IMG/VR virus record: IMGVR_UViG_3300025858_000019
Span: 15,828-79,827 of that record
From: a virus
Taxonomy: Duplodnaviria; Caudoviricetes
DNA length: 64,000 nucleotides
Direction: 5' to 3' (one strand)
A model generated the notes under the pieces. It had not been told where the DNA came from, did not search any database, and saw only the letters and a program-made list of their open reading frames with translations. Position numbers and translations under genes: made by a program. This document shows, one piece after another, positions 7,765-19,074 of the stretch (its first letter is position 1; each line of letters begins with the position of its first letter).

Positions 7765-9191
7765 TGGCAACATGTTATGCAATAGGTAATGGTAATGCTT
7801 CAGCAGGAGCGACTTGGAACACTGGTAATATTCCAACTGTAAATGATGATGTATATACTAATAACTATACAGTTACAGTTGATGCGAGTGTTACATGGTT
7901 ATCTGCACGTAATACAGCGGCGGCTGGTATAACAGCAGGTGGAAAGTTTTTACTTACTAATGGAGTTACTCTAACTTGTACCGGAACGGGAGTTGTATGT
8001 AATTCGTCTGTGTGTATTGAAATGAATTTAGCAAGTCCTAATATAGCAAGTGTTATATCTACTTTAGTAACTAATAACATAGCAACAAATTTTAATGGTG
8101 GAATAATTCTTTCAGGTACAGGAACACTCAATATAACATCTAATTTTACATCAAATGTTGGAAGTAATAATTCAACAATAAATGTTACTGCAAATGGAAT
8201 TTTAAATATAGTTGGAAATATTAGTTTTATATCAGTAGGTAATTTTATTAGAATTACAGCAGCTACCCCCGTTATTACGGTTAATGGAAATTTATTAACA
8301 TATAGTAATAGTGCCTATATCCCATTAATAGGAAATATTACGGCCTCAACAACGGCAACAATAAATTATACTGGTATATTGTTTGGTCCAAATGCAGGTA
8401 CAGGATACGGAATATATACAACGGGTGTATGTAATTTTAATGGAACATTGACTGGCGGAACAGCTACAAATGCTTGTCATGGGATATATGTAGGAGATGG
8501 CGCAACAGTTACCGTAAATGGTGGTGCAATAAGTTCGGCTTCTATTGGTTCACATGCAATATATAGTACCAGTGTAACATCAACAATTTTAGTATCGGGA
8601 ACAATAAACAATGTCAATGGTTATACAGCTATCAATACAAGAAAATTAGCATTGGTAAATGCAAATACCACACAATGGTTATTTCAAACAGATATAGTAG
8701 GGACTAATAAAACTCTATATAGTACTGATAATGTATTATTTGGTTATCCTGCTGAATCAGATACAAGAGAATCTATAATATTTGGTCAAAGTGGAGAGTT
8801 TGAAGGTACATTAATAGTCCCATCACCTGCATCGGTGGCAAAGAACGTACCTACGGATAACACAGTAGGAACAATGGAGATGACACCGCAGGACTTTTGG
8901 ACTTATGCAACAAGAACATTAACAAGTGGTGGTAGTGGAATAACAGCTGCTGATGTATGGGATTATCTTATAACTAATCCTATTGTACCTGATAGTATAT
9001 TGGAACTGATCCTTACAAATCTTGATGCAAAGGTAAGTAGCATAACATGTACAACGCCAGCGCAAATATGGGATCATTTAGGTAACCTAATCTCTAAAAA
9101 TGGAAGCATAGGATTGTCCTTAAAAACATTCTTATCTTCACAAGGAAAAAAACCATTTATTTTACCAGTAGATAAAAATTATAAAGGATGA
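7764..9191 (+). CDS. fibre/adhesin-like virion protein
   Basis: 475 aa, N/T/G/I-rich beta-solenoid-like body; C-terminal triple repeat T(P/A)x(D/Q)xW(T/D)(Y/H). Confidence 0.6.
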   Translation: MATCYAIGNGNASAGATWNTGNIPTVNDDVYTNNYTVTVDASVTWLSARNTAAAGITAGGKFLLTNGVTLTCTGTGVVCNSSVCIEMNLASPNIASVISTLVTNNIATNFNGGIILSGTGTLNITSNFTSNVGSNNSTINVTANGILNIVGNISFISVGNFIRITAATPVITVNGNLLTYSNSAYIPLIGNITASTTATINYTGILFGPNAGTGYGIYTTGVCNFNGTLTGGTATNACHGIYVGDGATVTVNGGAISSASIGSHAIYSTSVTSTILVSGTINNVNGYTAINTRKLALVNANTTQWLFQTDIVGTNKTLYSTDNVLFGYPAESDTRESIIFGQSGEFEGTLIVPSPASVAKNVPTDNTVGTMEMTPQDFWTYATRTLTSGGSGITAADVWDYLITNPIVPDSILELILTNLDAKVSSITCTTPAQIWDHLGNLISKNGSIGLSLKTFLSSQGKKPFILPVDKNYKG

Positions 9192-9811
9192 GTTTTATTA
9201 TATTAACCGAGAACGATAATATTACAATCACTGATGATGCTTTAGCACATCCATTGATAAGGAAAGTCTATGATCAGGATAATACTTCAAATAAGGAATT
9301 ATTCTTAAAATACATATCGTATATCTATTGGGCTTATAATCCTAATGGCATTTATACTAACCTACTTCCGGAAAACAGAAAAGAAGTTGTCATTAAGATA
9401 GTAGCAAAAAACGATAACTGGAAAGATATTGAAAATGTTCCTGGCATGAAAGAAATGATTGACCTTTATGTTGAAACATCATATTCTCCCAATGAGATAC
9501 TTTATGAATCATGTAAGAGGGATATCGAATATGAACGTAAGCGCCTTTCTGAAATCCCTCCTACTAAAAAATTTCTCTATGAAGGATCTCATGATATCGA
9601 TGTATCAAAAGGAAAAACAAAAAAAATTGAATCTGTCTTTATAAAACAATGGATTGAAATAGACAATTCCGATGAAAAGGATAAGGCCTATAAAAGAATA
9701 TTAAATCTTTTTGAATACGAAGAAAAGATGAAAAACATAGTTGAAAAAGAACGTATCGATAAGGTTACTGGTAAATATGAACGCAAGTTTGATAAAAAAC
9801 AGTTAGCATGA
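9188..9811 (+). CDS. hypothetical protein, terminase small subunit candidate by position
   Basis: 207 aa, ATGA-coupled directly to TerL; no diagnostic motif recognised. Confidence 0.4.
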   Translation: MSFIILTENDNITITDDALAHPLIRKVYDQDNTSNKELFLKYISYIYWAYNPNGIYTNLLPENRKEVVIKIVAKNDNWKDIENVPGMKEMIDLYVETSYSPNEILYESCKRDIEYERKRLSEIPPTKKFLYEGSHDIDVSKGKTKKIESVFIKQWIEIDNSDEKDKAYKRILNLFEYEEKMKNIVEKERIDKVTGKYERKFDKKQLA

Positions 9812-11859
9812 AATTCGTAAATACCAAAAGACTTAGCCCTGTGATTTATGAAGGAGATCTCCCTCATAAGTACGACCTATTCCATAGACCTTTCAAACAG
9901 GTTCCTGAGTCAGAAAAAGAACTTACAAAGTATTGTCAAAAATATGGTGTCGTCAATGATGATGCCTGGTGGGATATTCAAAAGGATCGTTGTATCAATG
10001 GTTATACTGCAAAGGATATACTTCGTAATGGAGGAGAATGTTTTGTTGATGGCCGGGATGTAATAAGACGCGCTAATGGTGACCGTTATCTCCCTGATCT
10101 TGACTTAACGATATCCGGTGATGATCTTCATATCTCTGGCCGGCAATATTTCTATCTTAATTTCTGGAAGATCAAAAGACTTGACAAGAAGACAGGAAGA
10201 AAAAAAGTACTACCTCCTGCATTTACAGATCTGTCCTTTGAAAATTGGAGTCTCCGAGAGCGTAGGTTAAAGTTGATGAAGCATATGACCTGGTTCAAAC
10301 GTCGTCAGGTAGGTTTGACAGAAGAGTCAGCTTGTGATGTAGCTTATGACTTTTTATTTTTTGATGATTCTCAGTCTGTTATTGTTGCCGGTATGGAATT
10401 CTATTCTAAGCAGACAATGAATAATGTTCGGAGAGGATTAGATAACCTTAAGAATACACAGTTCTATAAAACATTGGAACTTGATTCTGTTGATTATGTA
10501 AAGTCAAAGAACACTGATTCGGAAATATACATGAGAACAGCCAAAGATAATCCACAGGTAGTATCGTCTCTGACACCTAGCAAAGTCATCTTTGAAGAAG
10601 TAGGTAAGTGGAAGAAAGGTCTTGTCATTGAAACAAAAGAGTTTATAGAAGCCTCTATTGAAGCTGAAGGTCAGCGAACAGGTATTTTCGATTTTATAGG
10701 TACCGCTGGAGAAGAAATGAAAGACTCTGTTGAAGATATGACAAAACTGTTTTACGAATCAGAATCTTATGGTGTCTTGTCTTTCCTTAATAAATATGAC
10801 TCGGAGGTAAGCAAGGAAGATCGTGTTGGCTATTTCATTCCGGCTCATAAATTCGAACTCCTTGATGATGATTATAATTCCTTGATGAGTCTCTCGGCAG
10901 AAAAGATCAATAAGGAACGTGCGATGAAGAAAGGCAAATCAAAGTTTATCTTTATTGCCATGAAGCCTTTTACTCCTTCAGAGATGTTTCAGACATCTTC
11001 TGGAGGTTATTTTGGACCGGAAATAGTAGGGTATCTCAACGAACGTTACGCATATATCAATTCTCATCTTTCAGAACAAAAAACAAGGATTGGAGTTTTG
11101 AGTTGGAAAGATCCTAATGATATGTTGGCCGGAGTTACTTTTACCGATGATCCTGATGGATGGTGTGAGATATTAGAAGAGCCGATGTGCGACAAAGAGG
11201 GTAATCCTTATGAGAACCTTTATTGCATGGGTACTGATAGCTATGATCAGGATCAGGCTGAGACTTCGACATCAAAAGGTTGTTCTGTTGTAAAAAAGAA
11301 ATTCCTTGACCTTAATACTACTTATAACCTATATACCGGGTTCATACTTACACGACCTACAGTAGAAGAGGGTGGCGCTAAACTATTCTTTGAACGCTCA
11401 GCTATGGGTTCCATATATTTTAATAATGCAAAAAATAACATTGAGTATTCAAATTTACGTATCTTTGACTGGTATGAAGATCATGGACTTCAGTTCCTGT
11501 TAAAGGAAAGACCTCAGCTAGCGTTCTCTGGAATGATTAAAAACTCACAAGTATCTAATAGATTTGGTACTGACAAATCGTTAAAGCCACATGCCTTGGC
11601 GATATTAAAAGACCAACTTACTTATGAATTTATCCAGACTATGCACTTCAGACTTCAGATAAAAGCTTTTGCTCAATTCAAATATGATCCTTCTGGAAAG
11701 AAATACAACTGTGATATAACAATGGCTTCTGCTGAATGTGAGGTATGCGCTAAAGACGAACAGAACTATATTGTTAAAAAAAAGGAAGACGTAAATGAAA
11801 AAAAGCATATGCATGTTTATAAACGTATTAATGGTAAACTTCAACAAGTAATGGTATGA
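9808..11859 (+). CDS. terL: terminase large subunit
   Basis: Walker A-like FKRRQVGLT, Walker B-like VIFEEVG, coupling motif GTAG, RNase H-like nuclease YCMGTDSYD; upstream of the portal. Confidence 0.93.
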   Translation: MKFVNTKRLSPVIYEGDLPHKYDLFHRPFKQVPESEKELTKYCQKYGVVNDDAWWDIQKDRCINGYTAKDILRNGGECFVDGRDVIRRANGDRYLPDLDLTISGDDLHISGRQYFYLNFWKIKRLDKKTGRKKVLPPAFTDLSFENWSLRERRLKLMKHMTWFKRRQVGLTEESACDVAYDFLFFDDSQSVIVAGMEFYSKQTMNNVRRGLDNLKNTQFYKTLELDSVDYVKSKNTDSEIYMRTAKDNPQVVSSLTPSKVIFEEVGKWKKGLVIETKEFIEASIEAEGQRTGIFDFIGTAGEEMKDSVEDMTKLFYESESYGVLSFLNKYDSEVSKEDRVGYFIPAHKFELLDDDYNSLMSLSAEKINKERAMKKGKSKFIFIAMKPFTPSEMFQTSSGGYFGPEIVGYLNERYAYINSHLSEQKTRIGVLSWKDPNDMLAGVTFTDDPDGWCEILEEPMCDKEGNPYENLYCMGTDSYDQDQAETSTSKGCSVVKKKFLDLNTTYNLYTGFILTRPTVEEGGAKLFFERSAMGSIYFNNAKNNIEYSNLRIFDWYEDHGLQFLLKERPQLAFSGMIKNSQVSNRFGTDKSLKPHALAILKDQLTYEFIQTMHFRLQIKAFAQFKYDPSGKKYNCDITMASAECEVCAKDEQNYIVKKKEDVNEKKHMHVYKRINGKLQQVMV

Positions 11860-14504
11860 GTAATGTAACCTGTCCAGAATTAATAATTCCCGAAAGTAAA
11901 AAGACCGACAAATGGTGTAAGGACTTTTTATCATTTTTTAGTGAAACTGTAGCAAGTAATTCCAATACAGAAACGGATATTGAATGTTGGAAACTTTATC
12001 ATAATGAGGTAGATCCTCGTGAGATGGATTACCTTACAACAGTAGGTGAGTATTCTATGCCGGCGCAACCTCGACATATACCTCTGCAAAGACATTATTG
12101 CGATATCCTTATCTCAAAGCAGTCAAAGAGGCCATGGGTGTTTTCGGTAAACACTGTTGATAAAAATTCATTGAAAGAAAAAGCCAAAGCAAAAACTGAT
12201 GACTTTTTTAATATGATGATGGAGACCACAAAACAAATAGTCTATGACAAGCAATCTCAGATAGAAATGATAGATTATCAGATTCAGCAACTACAGTCAT
12301 TCATCAGCAAAGAACCTACCTCAGAAGAGGAATTAGCACAGATCAATCAGGCAAAGGCCATGATGCCTGCAATGACATCAAAGTTCACCTATGCTAAAGA
12401 TATGATGCTTACAAGCAAAGAGATATTTGAACAAAAAGCTGAAGCATGGGATCGCTACCATCGTTATAAGAAAAAAGACTGGATAGAAGAGATATCACAA
12501 AAAGTCACGATCAATCTCAGGAACAAACTCAATATCGCTAATAAGTCGAAACGAAATTTTATCTCCCAGGTTGTCACCGGGAAACAAGCATATAAAGTTG
12601 ACATTGAAGGTCAGAAACTTATATTTGAACCTATCAATGAACTTAATGTATTCTATCCATCTATCGATAATGTTCAATTTATACAAGACTGTCCATGGGT
12701 AGTAATAAGAAGACAGATGTCTTTTGTAGATATTATAGCCCGTTGGGGTGGAGAGATAAAAGCAAATTATGGAGAGGAGAGAATAAAGCAGCTAGAACAA
12801 TACGTATCGCGTTCAAAAGATAGCAATTCACAATTTGTAGCTACTCCGAACGGTGGAATGTTGGTATCTGATATCTATTCCGGGACCGTAGATAATTCCA
12901 TAAATACTACTGTAGAAGAGATCTATTGGAAAGTACCACGACTAGTTAAGATTAAGAAGACTCCAAATAAAAAAGAACCAGGAGAATACTTTAGACACTT
13001 TATTAGTAATGAAAAAAAGGTTATTGATAGTTCTGAATATACCTATGCCGGCAAAGAATATATCAGTAAAAAAGACCCCAACATAAAACTTTCCAGAGAA
13101 AATACAGAGATATATGACTCTTCAAAAGGAGAAAAATATGATGAAAAATATGATTGCGACATCTACATGGGTTATGTTATTGATGGAGACATCTTTGTAG
13201 AATATGGTGTAAAAAAACAGTTCTATAATGATATTGATAATATTGCTGATAAAAAATTACCTGTAGTAGGTAGATGTTATAATAATATCACCGAAAGACC
13301 ATATTCTATTATCTGGAATACCCGAGATATCCAAAAGCTTTATAATATCGTTCATTATCATCGAGAACTTATGCTTGCTCTTTCTGGAACAAAAGGACAG
13401 GTTATGGACTATTCTCAAAAGCCGTCACACTTGACAGATGATGAATGGGAATATAAAAAGAAACTAGGGAATATTATTATAGAAACTGTTGATAAAACTG
13501 GTCGTGTAAAAAACATTTCCTATAATCAATGGCAATCTTTTGACAACACCTTGTCGCCGGCAATACAATATCTTGATAATGTTTTGGTCAGCCTTGAAAA
13601 TACTATGGGGAGCATAACCGGTATTACCCGGCAGGCCCTCGGTGAGGTAGTACCTTCAGATCAGGTTGCTACTTTCAGACAGTCTATAGCTCAATCACAA
13701 CTTATCACTGAGATTATCTTCAGTGATCATGATGAGGTAGAGAAGATGGCTCTGACACAACTATTAAATCTTGCTTTAAAATATCGTAATGATGATGATC
13801 TGATACTTGAAATAGAAGACCTTGACCTTTCAAAAGAAATCATCACTATCCCTAAAAACCTCTTTAAAGATCGTCAATTTGAAGTTGTTATAATGGACAA
13901 CACAAAAGATGGACAGAAGATGGAAGATCTTAGAGAATTTGCTAAAGCCGAAATGTCTAGAGGGATATTATCATTCAGTCAATTATTCTCTATCTTTAAT
14001 ACAGAATCCACAAAAGAATTAGAGAAGAAGATAGAATATTTTACCGAGAAGCAGGAAAAACTAGCAAAACTTAATGCAGGTTCTGAAATAGATGCTGAAA
14101 AACAGATAATTCAGTTTACTAAGGAATTTGATATGCAGATTGCCGCCTTGCCATTAAAATACAAAGAAGCGGAACTTCAACTACAAAAAGCAGCTATTGA
14201 CCTTGATGAACAACGTCTGGCCCTGGAAACAAAATATAATGAACAGAAACTTAATAACGAATACGAAATTAAAAACAAGGATCTTGAATATCGTAGGGAA
14301 TCGGAATTGTCGTTATTAAATGTTAACGATAAACATTCTACAACTAATGAACAGATACAGGCCTTACAGTTAAAGATCGATGCATTATTCAGAGAGGCAG
14401 AATTAGGACAGTCAAAAGAAGACTCTGATAAGAAATTTGTTTCTGATATAAAAAAGATAGAGGCGACAAAGAAAAAACAGAACATGGAACATGTTAAAAA
14501 CTAA
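11856..14504 (+). CDS. portal protein (crAss-like, long C-terminal coiled coil)
   Basis: 882 aa right after TerL; SITGITRQALGEV..SDQV portal-type segment; Q/E/K-rich C-terminal barrel. Confidence 0.88.
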   Translation: MSNVTCPELIIPESKKTDKWCKDFLSFFSETVASNSNTETDIECWKLYHNEVDPREMDYLTTVGEYSMPAQPRHIPLQRHYCDILISKQSKRPWVFSVNTVDKNSLKEKAKAKTDDFFNMMMETTKQIVYDKQSQIEMIDYQIQQLQSFISKEPTSEEELAQINQAKAMMPAMTSKFTYAKDMMLTSKEIFEQKAEAWDRYHRYKKKDWIEEISQKVTINLRNKLNIANKSKRNFISQVVTGKQAYKVDIEGQKLIFEPINELNVFYPSIDNVQFIQDCPWVVIRRQMSFVDIIARWGGEIKANYGEERIKQLEQYVSRSKDSNSQFVATPNGGMLVSDIYSGTVDNSINTTVEEIYWKVPRLVKIKKTPNKKEPGEYFRHFISNEKKVIDSSEYTYAGKEYISKKDPNIKLSRENTEIYDSSKGEKYDEKYDCDIYMGYVIDGDIFVEYGVKKQFYNDIDNIADKKLPVVGRCYNNITERPYSIIWNTRDIQKLYNIVHYHRELMLALSGTKGQVMDYSQKPSHLTDDEWEYKKKLGNIIIETVDKTGRVKNISYNQWQSFDNTLSPAIQYLDNVLVSLENTMGSITGITRQALGEVVPSDQVATFRQSIAQSQLITEIIFSDHDEVEKMALTQLLNLALKYRNDDDLILEIEDLDLSKEIITIPKNLFKDRQFEVVIMDNTKDGQKMEDLREFAKAEMSRGILSFSQLFSIFNTESTKELEKKIEYFTEKQEKLAKLNAGSEIDAEKQIIQFTKEFDMQIAALPLKYKEAELQLQKAAIDLDEQRLALETKYNEQKLNNEYEIKNKDLEYRRESELSLLNVNDKHSTTNEQIQALQLKIDALFREAELGQSKEDSDKKFVSDIKKIEATKKKQNMEHVKN

Positions 14505-14568
14505 TTTTATAAACTCACATATTCACCAATTTATATATTAATTTAGTAACCAAAAAAAATCAAATTCT

Positions 14569-15645
14569 ATGGATTTAGAAACAGACAACCAAGATGTCAA
14601 TGATGGCGCTGAAAATATTCAGATAGAACCATTCGACAAAGATGCTTTTATGGGTATCAAAGTAGATCCTATAAAGCAAGACGCTCCTGTTGATACAACT
14701 AAGGTCACTGATCCTAAAGTTATCGACAAGAACAACCCTCCACAAGCTCCCCCTCCAGCTACCGAATTAGATTATGCTTTTAAACATCTAAAAGAAGAAC
14801 TAGGAGAAGGGTATCAGGTCCCAGAAATTATTATTAAAGGTATCAATGAAAAAGGAGAAAAACTTTCTGAAAAAGAAAAGTATGAAATCCTGGTCGGTGA
14901 GATACAGAAGCATACCGATAATGGTATTGGCGATGATGAATTTATTAAAGAATATGTCACAGCTAAAAATGATCCTACCTTTGATTTTGGTAAGTTCATT
15001 GAACATCATAATCGGGAAGCAAACATCTTAGGACTCCCTGCAGATGATTTTCTTATATTAGCTTATACAAAACATTCAGAAGACAACAAGCTCAACTGGT
15101 CACAGGATGATATCAAAGCTCATATTGAAAGTTTGACACCTATACAGAAGTCAACAGAAGAATCCAGATTGAAGAATCAGGTTAAAGAAAATATCAAATT
15201 ACAAAAAGAACAAAGTTACAATCAGCGTCTTATGCAGTTTAAAGAGGCTTTTGAACAAGAGGAAACTGCAAATCAAAAAATTGTTACTGACTTTATTGAG
15301 AAAAACAAAGAGTCTAAAGCCTTCTTTGGTATTCCTTTTAGCGAAGCTGAAAAAAAGGAATTCTTTGAAGATCTGCCGAAACTTTCGGCCAGGGATTTAA
15401 AAACGATGAAGAACACATGGGATCAACTATTGCAAAGCGACGAAGATTTCATTCGGCTTACACCGTTATTATGGAAATACCTGAAAAATGATTTAGACTC
15501 TTCCGGATCAAAGATAAAGGAGGAACTAAAGAAAGATTTAGAAAATAGATTAAGTCCATCTCCGAACATTAAAACATCACGTTCTGCAAAGAATCCTGAT
15601 GAGTTTGATAGAGCTACGTTCATGTATGGCAAAAACAAAAAGTAA
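14569..15645 (+). CDS. capsid assembly/scaffold-like protein (conserved position upstream of MCP)
   Basis: 358 aa, acidic N-terminus, helical; lies between portal and MCP as in crAss-like phages. Confidence 0.6.
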   Translation: MDLETDNQDVNDGAENIQIEPFDKDAFMGIKVDPIKQDAPVDTTKVTDPKVIDKNNPPQAPPPATELDYAFKHLKEELGEGYQVPEIIIKGINEKGEKLSEKEKYEILVGEIQKHTDNGIGDDEFIKEYVTAKNDPTFDFGKFIEHHNREANILGLPADDFLILAYTKHSEDNKLNWSQDDIKAHIESLTPIQKSTEESRLKNQVKENIKLQKEQSYNQRLMQFKEAFEQEETANQKIVTDFIEKNKESKAFFGIPFSEAEKKEFFEDLPKLSARDLKTMKNTWDQLLQSDEDFIRLTPLLWKYLKNDLDSSGSKIKEELKKDLENRLSPSPNIKTSRSAKNPDEFDRATFMYGKNKK

Positions 15646-15669
15646 TCATTAATAAAAATTTCAATTAAA

Positions 15670-17112
15670 ATGAGAATTAAACCAGGACAACCCGATACAG
15701 TAGCACTGGAAAGTATTACCGGGCGTATGTTAATCGACATGGGAGTGAATGATCCCGATTATGTTCCGACGATGTTTAGTCTTTTCAAAGATGATGAATC
15801 TGAGATCATGTCATTGCTTGATGGCAAAGGACTGAAGACAAGTGGAGTAAACCATTCAACAAATAACAAACAGTATCGTACTGTAGGCTCTAATCACGTT
15901 ATGTTTGCTATTGGCGCTTCTGATCAAAGGAAACAGTATTTTAGAACTAACAATTCTGGTCTTACCTTCCGCGACGATGCCAACGGTTCAAGTATGCCGG
16001 GATTACATGGCCTTGCTTTTTACATCTATCTTAATTCAAACTGGAGCGGTTACAAAGAAGTTATCGAATTGGCTGACAACCAGACACAGCTTTATGTGTT
16101 ACAGGATCCAAAAGAAAAGAATGGTGTCTATGAATATAAGGTAAAACTTTTAGGCAATGACTACAATGCTTATGTTGATCCTCGACTGCTGGCAGAAAAC
16201 TATGAATGTACACCGGTGACGAACTTACACGAACATGACTTCTCAGAACGTGGTGTTGAAAAATATACTTCCGGTGGATGGGGCCATTCGTTCTTATCGT
16301 TACTCCGTTTTAAATATTCATGGTCAGGTACCGCCAAAGCAATGAAAGTATCTGGTAAATGGGTTGAAAATAACGGACAACGTGCATTCCTTGAAGTGGC
16401 CGAAGAAAAAATGATGAGAAGGGCTGCTAAACAGTTAGAATATCAGCTGGTATTCGGAAAATGTACTGTCACTGAAGATTTCAACAAAGTTTTTCTTACC
16501 GATGATGAAGGACGCGATATCATGTCAGGTTCCGGAGTTATGAACTCAGGAGATGGTGCTATCGACATACCTCAAAATCATGGATGGACAAAAGGATTTC
16601 TGGAAGCTTTCCTTGCCAATACAGACTCTTTCATTACCAAAGGCGAAGATGGTCACCGGGAAATTGCTATGAAGATGGCTCCTAAGTCTTATCTTTCTTT
16701 CCAACAGTTGATGTCTGATATGCGTATCGATCAGAATGGCAATATCGTAGGCACTGGCGCTGATAAAGGTATCGTTGACACTTATGGTTTCTATGAACTT
16801 GCCGGTCTTCGTATCATACCTTATCGTTCCTCATGGTTCTCACAGTCTAGCCGCCCGGGTATAAAACTTTCTGATGGTACCTATAGCAATGAATGGGATG
16901 CTATTGGAATTCCTTTGGGATTAACTACCGGTGGTGCTCGTGGTATTGAACTTATCCAGCTTCGCCCGATGGCAAAAGGAACAGTGGCCGGTATTGATGT
17001 TGGTGGTAGTATTGCCTCTTCTGTCGATGGTTCACAAACACATGTACTTTTCCAGATTGGTGTTATCAGCCAAATTCAGCCGCTGAGAATTTTCAGACCT
17101 TACTATTTATAA
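15670..17112 (+). CDS. major capsid protein (crAss-like, HK97 fold)
   Basis: 480 aa; size, position and segments such as NLHEHDFSERG..KYT and LRFKYSWSG fit crAss-family MCPs. Confidence 0.85.
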   Translation: MRIKPGQPDTVALESITGRMLIDMGVNDPDYVPTMFSLFKDDESEIMSLLDGKGLKTSGVNHSTNNKQYRTVGSNHVMFAIGASDQRKQYFRTNNSGLTFRDDANGSSMPGLHGLAFYIYLNSNWSGYKEVIELADNQTQLYVLQDPKEKNGVYEYKVKLLGNDYNAYVDPRLLAENYECTPVTNLHEHDFSERGVEKYTSGGWGHSFLSLLRFKYSWSGTAKAMKVSGKWVENNGQRAFLEVAEEKMMRRAAKQLEYQLVFGKCTVTEDFNKVFLTDDEGRDIMSGSGVMNSGDGAIDIPQNHGWTKGFLEAFLANTDSFITKGEDGHREIAMKMAPKSYLSFQQLMSDMRIDQNGNIVGTGADKGIVDTYGFYELAGLRIIPYRSSWFSQSSRPGIKLSDGTYSNEWDAIGIPLGLTTGGARGIELIQLRPMAKGTVAGIDVGGSIASSVDGSQTHVLFQIGVISQIQPLRIFRPYYL

Positions 17113-17131
17113 TTAATTAATAATCTTCACA

Positions 17132-18277
17132 ATGAATCAGAAACCAGATAAAATAGTCATCTTAAGATGGCAAAAGAAGGTGCTAAAAAAGAATCCGCTT
17201 ATGTGGATGGCGCCAAGGTATAACAATACCTTCAGAACAGGTCAAGAGATTGAACCTAATAATCCTGACACTGAGAACAACCTTACCCCTGATCAGATGA
17301 GAGGTGTCGCTAAATTGACAGCAGAACAGATGAAGAAGTTCCCTCTCGTCGTTAATCCCGACAATTATTATTTCTTTCCCGATGGAAGAAAATTCGACCT
17401 CAACAAAAAAGAAGATAAGATCTTATTGGATTTCTTATTGTTATCATTCAGTAGGATTGCCAGAACATATGATACCTTTGACCGGGTGTTACATGATGGA
17501 TATATCGAAGATCATGAGGCAGAATCAAAATCTGTCGTTGATAAGACAGAAATTCTTTATGATGCCTTGACACTTATAAAGACAAGACAGCACGACGAAG
17601 TTCTGGAAGCTGCCCTTTACACAAACCACATTTACCAGGAATCGGAGATCGATATCATGAAGATGTCAAAGAATCAGGTATATAGTGAGTTGTATAAGAT
17701 AGCAAAAGATAACCCACAAGTTATCCTCGATGCTTTTTCTGAAAAGGCTGCAAAAGATATTTTCATATTGAAACTGGAGATGCATGGTATCATCAAACGT
17801 AGAGATGGTTCTTTCTATGAAGGAGCTCGCTTTATCGGAGGTTCAGTACAGGAAGTATCAGAATATTATCAGAGAAATGATAAAGTTTCGGATATGGAGC
17901 GCGTGAAGAAGATCCTGTTGCAGAAAGAAAACAAAACTTTTGGTGATGATGAGATGATGGAATATGACGATATCATCACTAAGATAGAATCTGCATTGTT
18001 CAAGAAAGATATCATCAAGGCACACGACCTTATCACTAAAGGGATGAAGTTCTTCCCAGGTGACAAGACTATCGTTGACCTTAAGGCAACACTGGATGAA
18101 CTAAAGAACGGTGTCGTCGATGAGAAAAAGAATGAACTGAAACAGGAGCTTAACGATATGACTATTGACGAACTCAAAGTCAAATGCAGCACCATGAAAA
18201 ACAAAGGAGTTAAAAAGGTTGACTACGAAGATAAAAATCGTGAAGAGATCATTGAGTTAATACTTTCAAAATTCTAA
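17132..18277 (+). CDS. conserved crAss-like protein downstream of MCP
   Basis: 381 aa; position matches the conserved post-MCP gene; short helical acidic/basic C-terminal module. Confidence 0.6.
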   Translation: MNQKPDKIVILRWQKKVLKKNPLMWMAPRYNNTFRTGQEIEPNNPDTENNLTPDQMRGVAKLTAEQMKKFPLVVNPDNYYFFPDGRKFDLNKKEDKILLDFLLLSFSRIARTYDTFDRVLHDGYIEDHEAESKSVVDKTEILYDALTLIKTRQHDEVLEAALYTNHIYQESEIDIMKMSKNQVYSELYKIAKDNPQVILDAFSEKAAKDIFILKLEMHGIIKRRDGSFYEGARFIGGSVQEVSEYYQRNDKVSDMERVKKILLQKENKTFGDDEMMEYDDIITKIESALFKKDIIKAHDLITKGMKFFPGDKTIVDLKATLDELKNGVVDEKKNELKQELNDMTIDELKVKCSTMKNKGVKKVDYEDKNREEIIELILSKF

Positions 18278-18280
18278 GTC

Positions 18281-19051
18281 ATGTTAGACACCCCGAAAGA
18301 AATGTATATGTCTTTTCTGGATGGAATCCGGAAATCATCAACAGGCACCGTTATTCCTTCCGTATGGAACAGGATAGTTAATGAGTGGGCCCAAAATGAA
18401 TGGTTGAAAGATAATATCTCCAGAAAAGAAGGTTCTGAAAAAACTGAAAAGCAACAGGAAGATCTGCATATGCTAAGAGTTATTACCAATGGTATTGACT
18501 CCTATGGCGGTGTAGTATTGATACCAATATTACCTATTGCCGGTAATGCCTATAGGTTTCGTCTTCCCTTTCAAGAGCCTAATGTTTCTGCCTACGTCGT
18601 TCCTATTTTTGGTGTTAACTATCCTAAGATGTACAGGATGTTAAACATTGAATTCAAAATCAATTATATAGGTAATGATTGTAATTCGGGTGTGTCAGAA
18701 TGGCTTTCTTGTAATATCATGCGTTCAGATCAACGAACTGCCAATAAATACAATCCATGGCGTAAGCCGAAGGACTCTAGGCTGTATTACGACATAAAAC
18801 ATAACTATGCCGATTTAATTACAGGGACCTCCTCGACAGGACATTCTATGCAGGTAGAATATTATCGTTATCCTTTAGAGATTAACTATGATCCTAACAA
18901 TCCGGCCAATGATGTGTATTGTGAGTTTGGCGAAACACAGAGAAAAGAGATAATAGATTTATGTGTTCGACAGTATCTAGAAAGAGCCACTGATCCTCGT
19001 TATCAGTCGTTCTTGCAGGAAGAGGCTATAAGAACCATTACAAAGCAATAA
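18281..19051 (+). CDS. tail ring / head-tail adaptor protein
   Basis: 256 aa; YYRYPLEI...CEFGE..RKEIIDLCVRQYLE pattern typical of crAss ring proteins; positional synteny. Confidence 0.65.
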   Translation: MLDTPKEMYMSFLDGIRKSSTGTVIPSVWNRIVNEWAQNEWLKDNISRKEGSEKTEKQQEDLHMLRVITNGIDSYGGVVLIPILPIAGNAYRFRLPFQEPNVSAYVVPIFGVNYPKMYRMLNIEFKINYIGNDCNSGVSEWLSCNIMRSDQRTANKYNPWRKPKDSRLYYDIKHNYADLITGTSSTGHSMQVEYYRYPLEINYDPNNPANDVYCEFGETQRKEIIDLCVRQYLERATDPRYQSFLQEEAIRTITKQ

Positions 19052-19074
19052 TTAATAAATTAATAAAATAAACA

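Noticed and set aside
9808-17112. Group I introns or inteins in terL, portal or MCP
   Set aside because: The ORFs are continuous and of expected size, with no LAGLIDADG/HNH insert or intein splice motifs seen.
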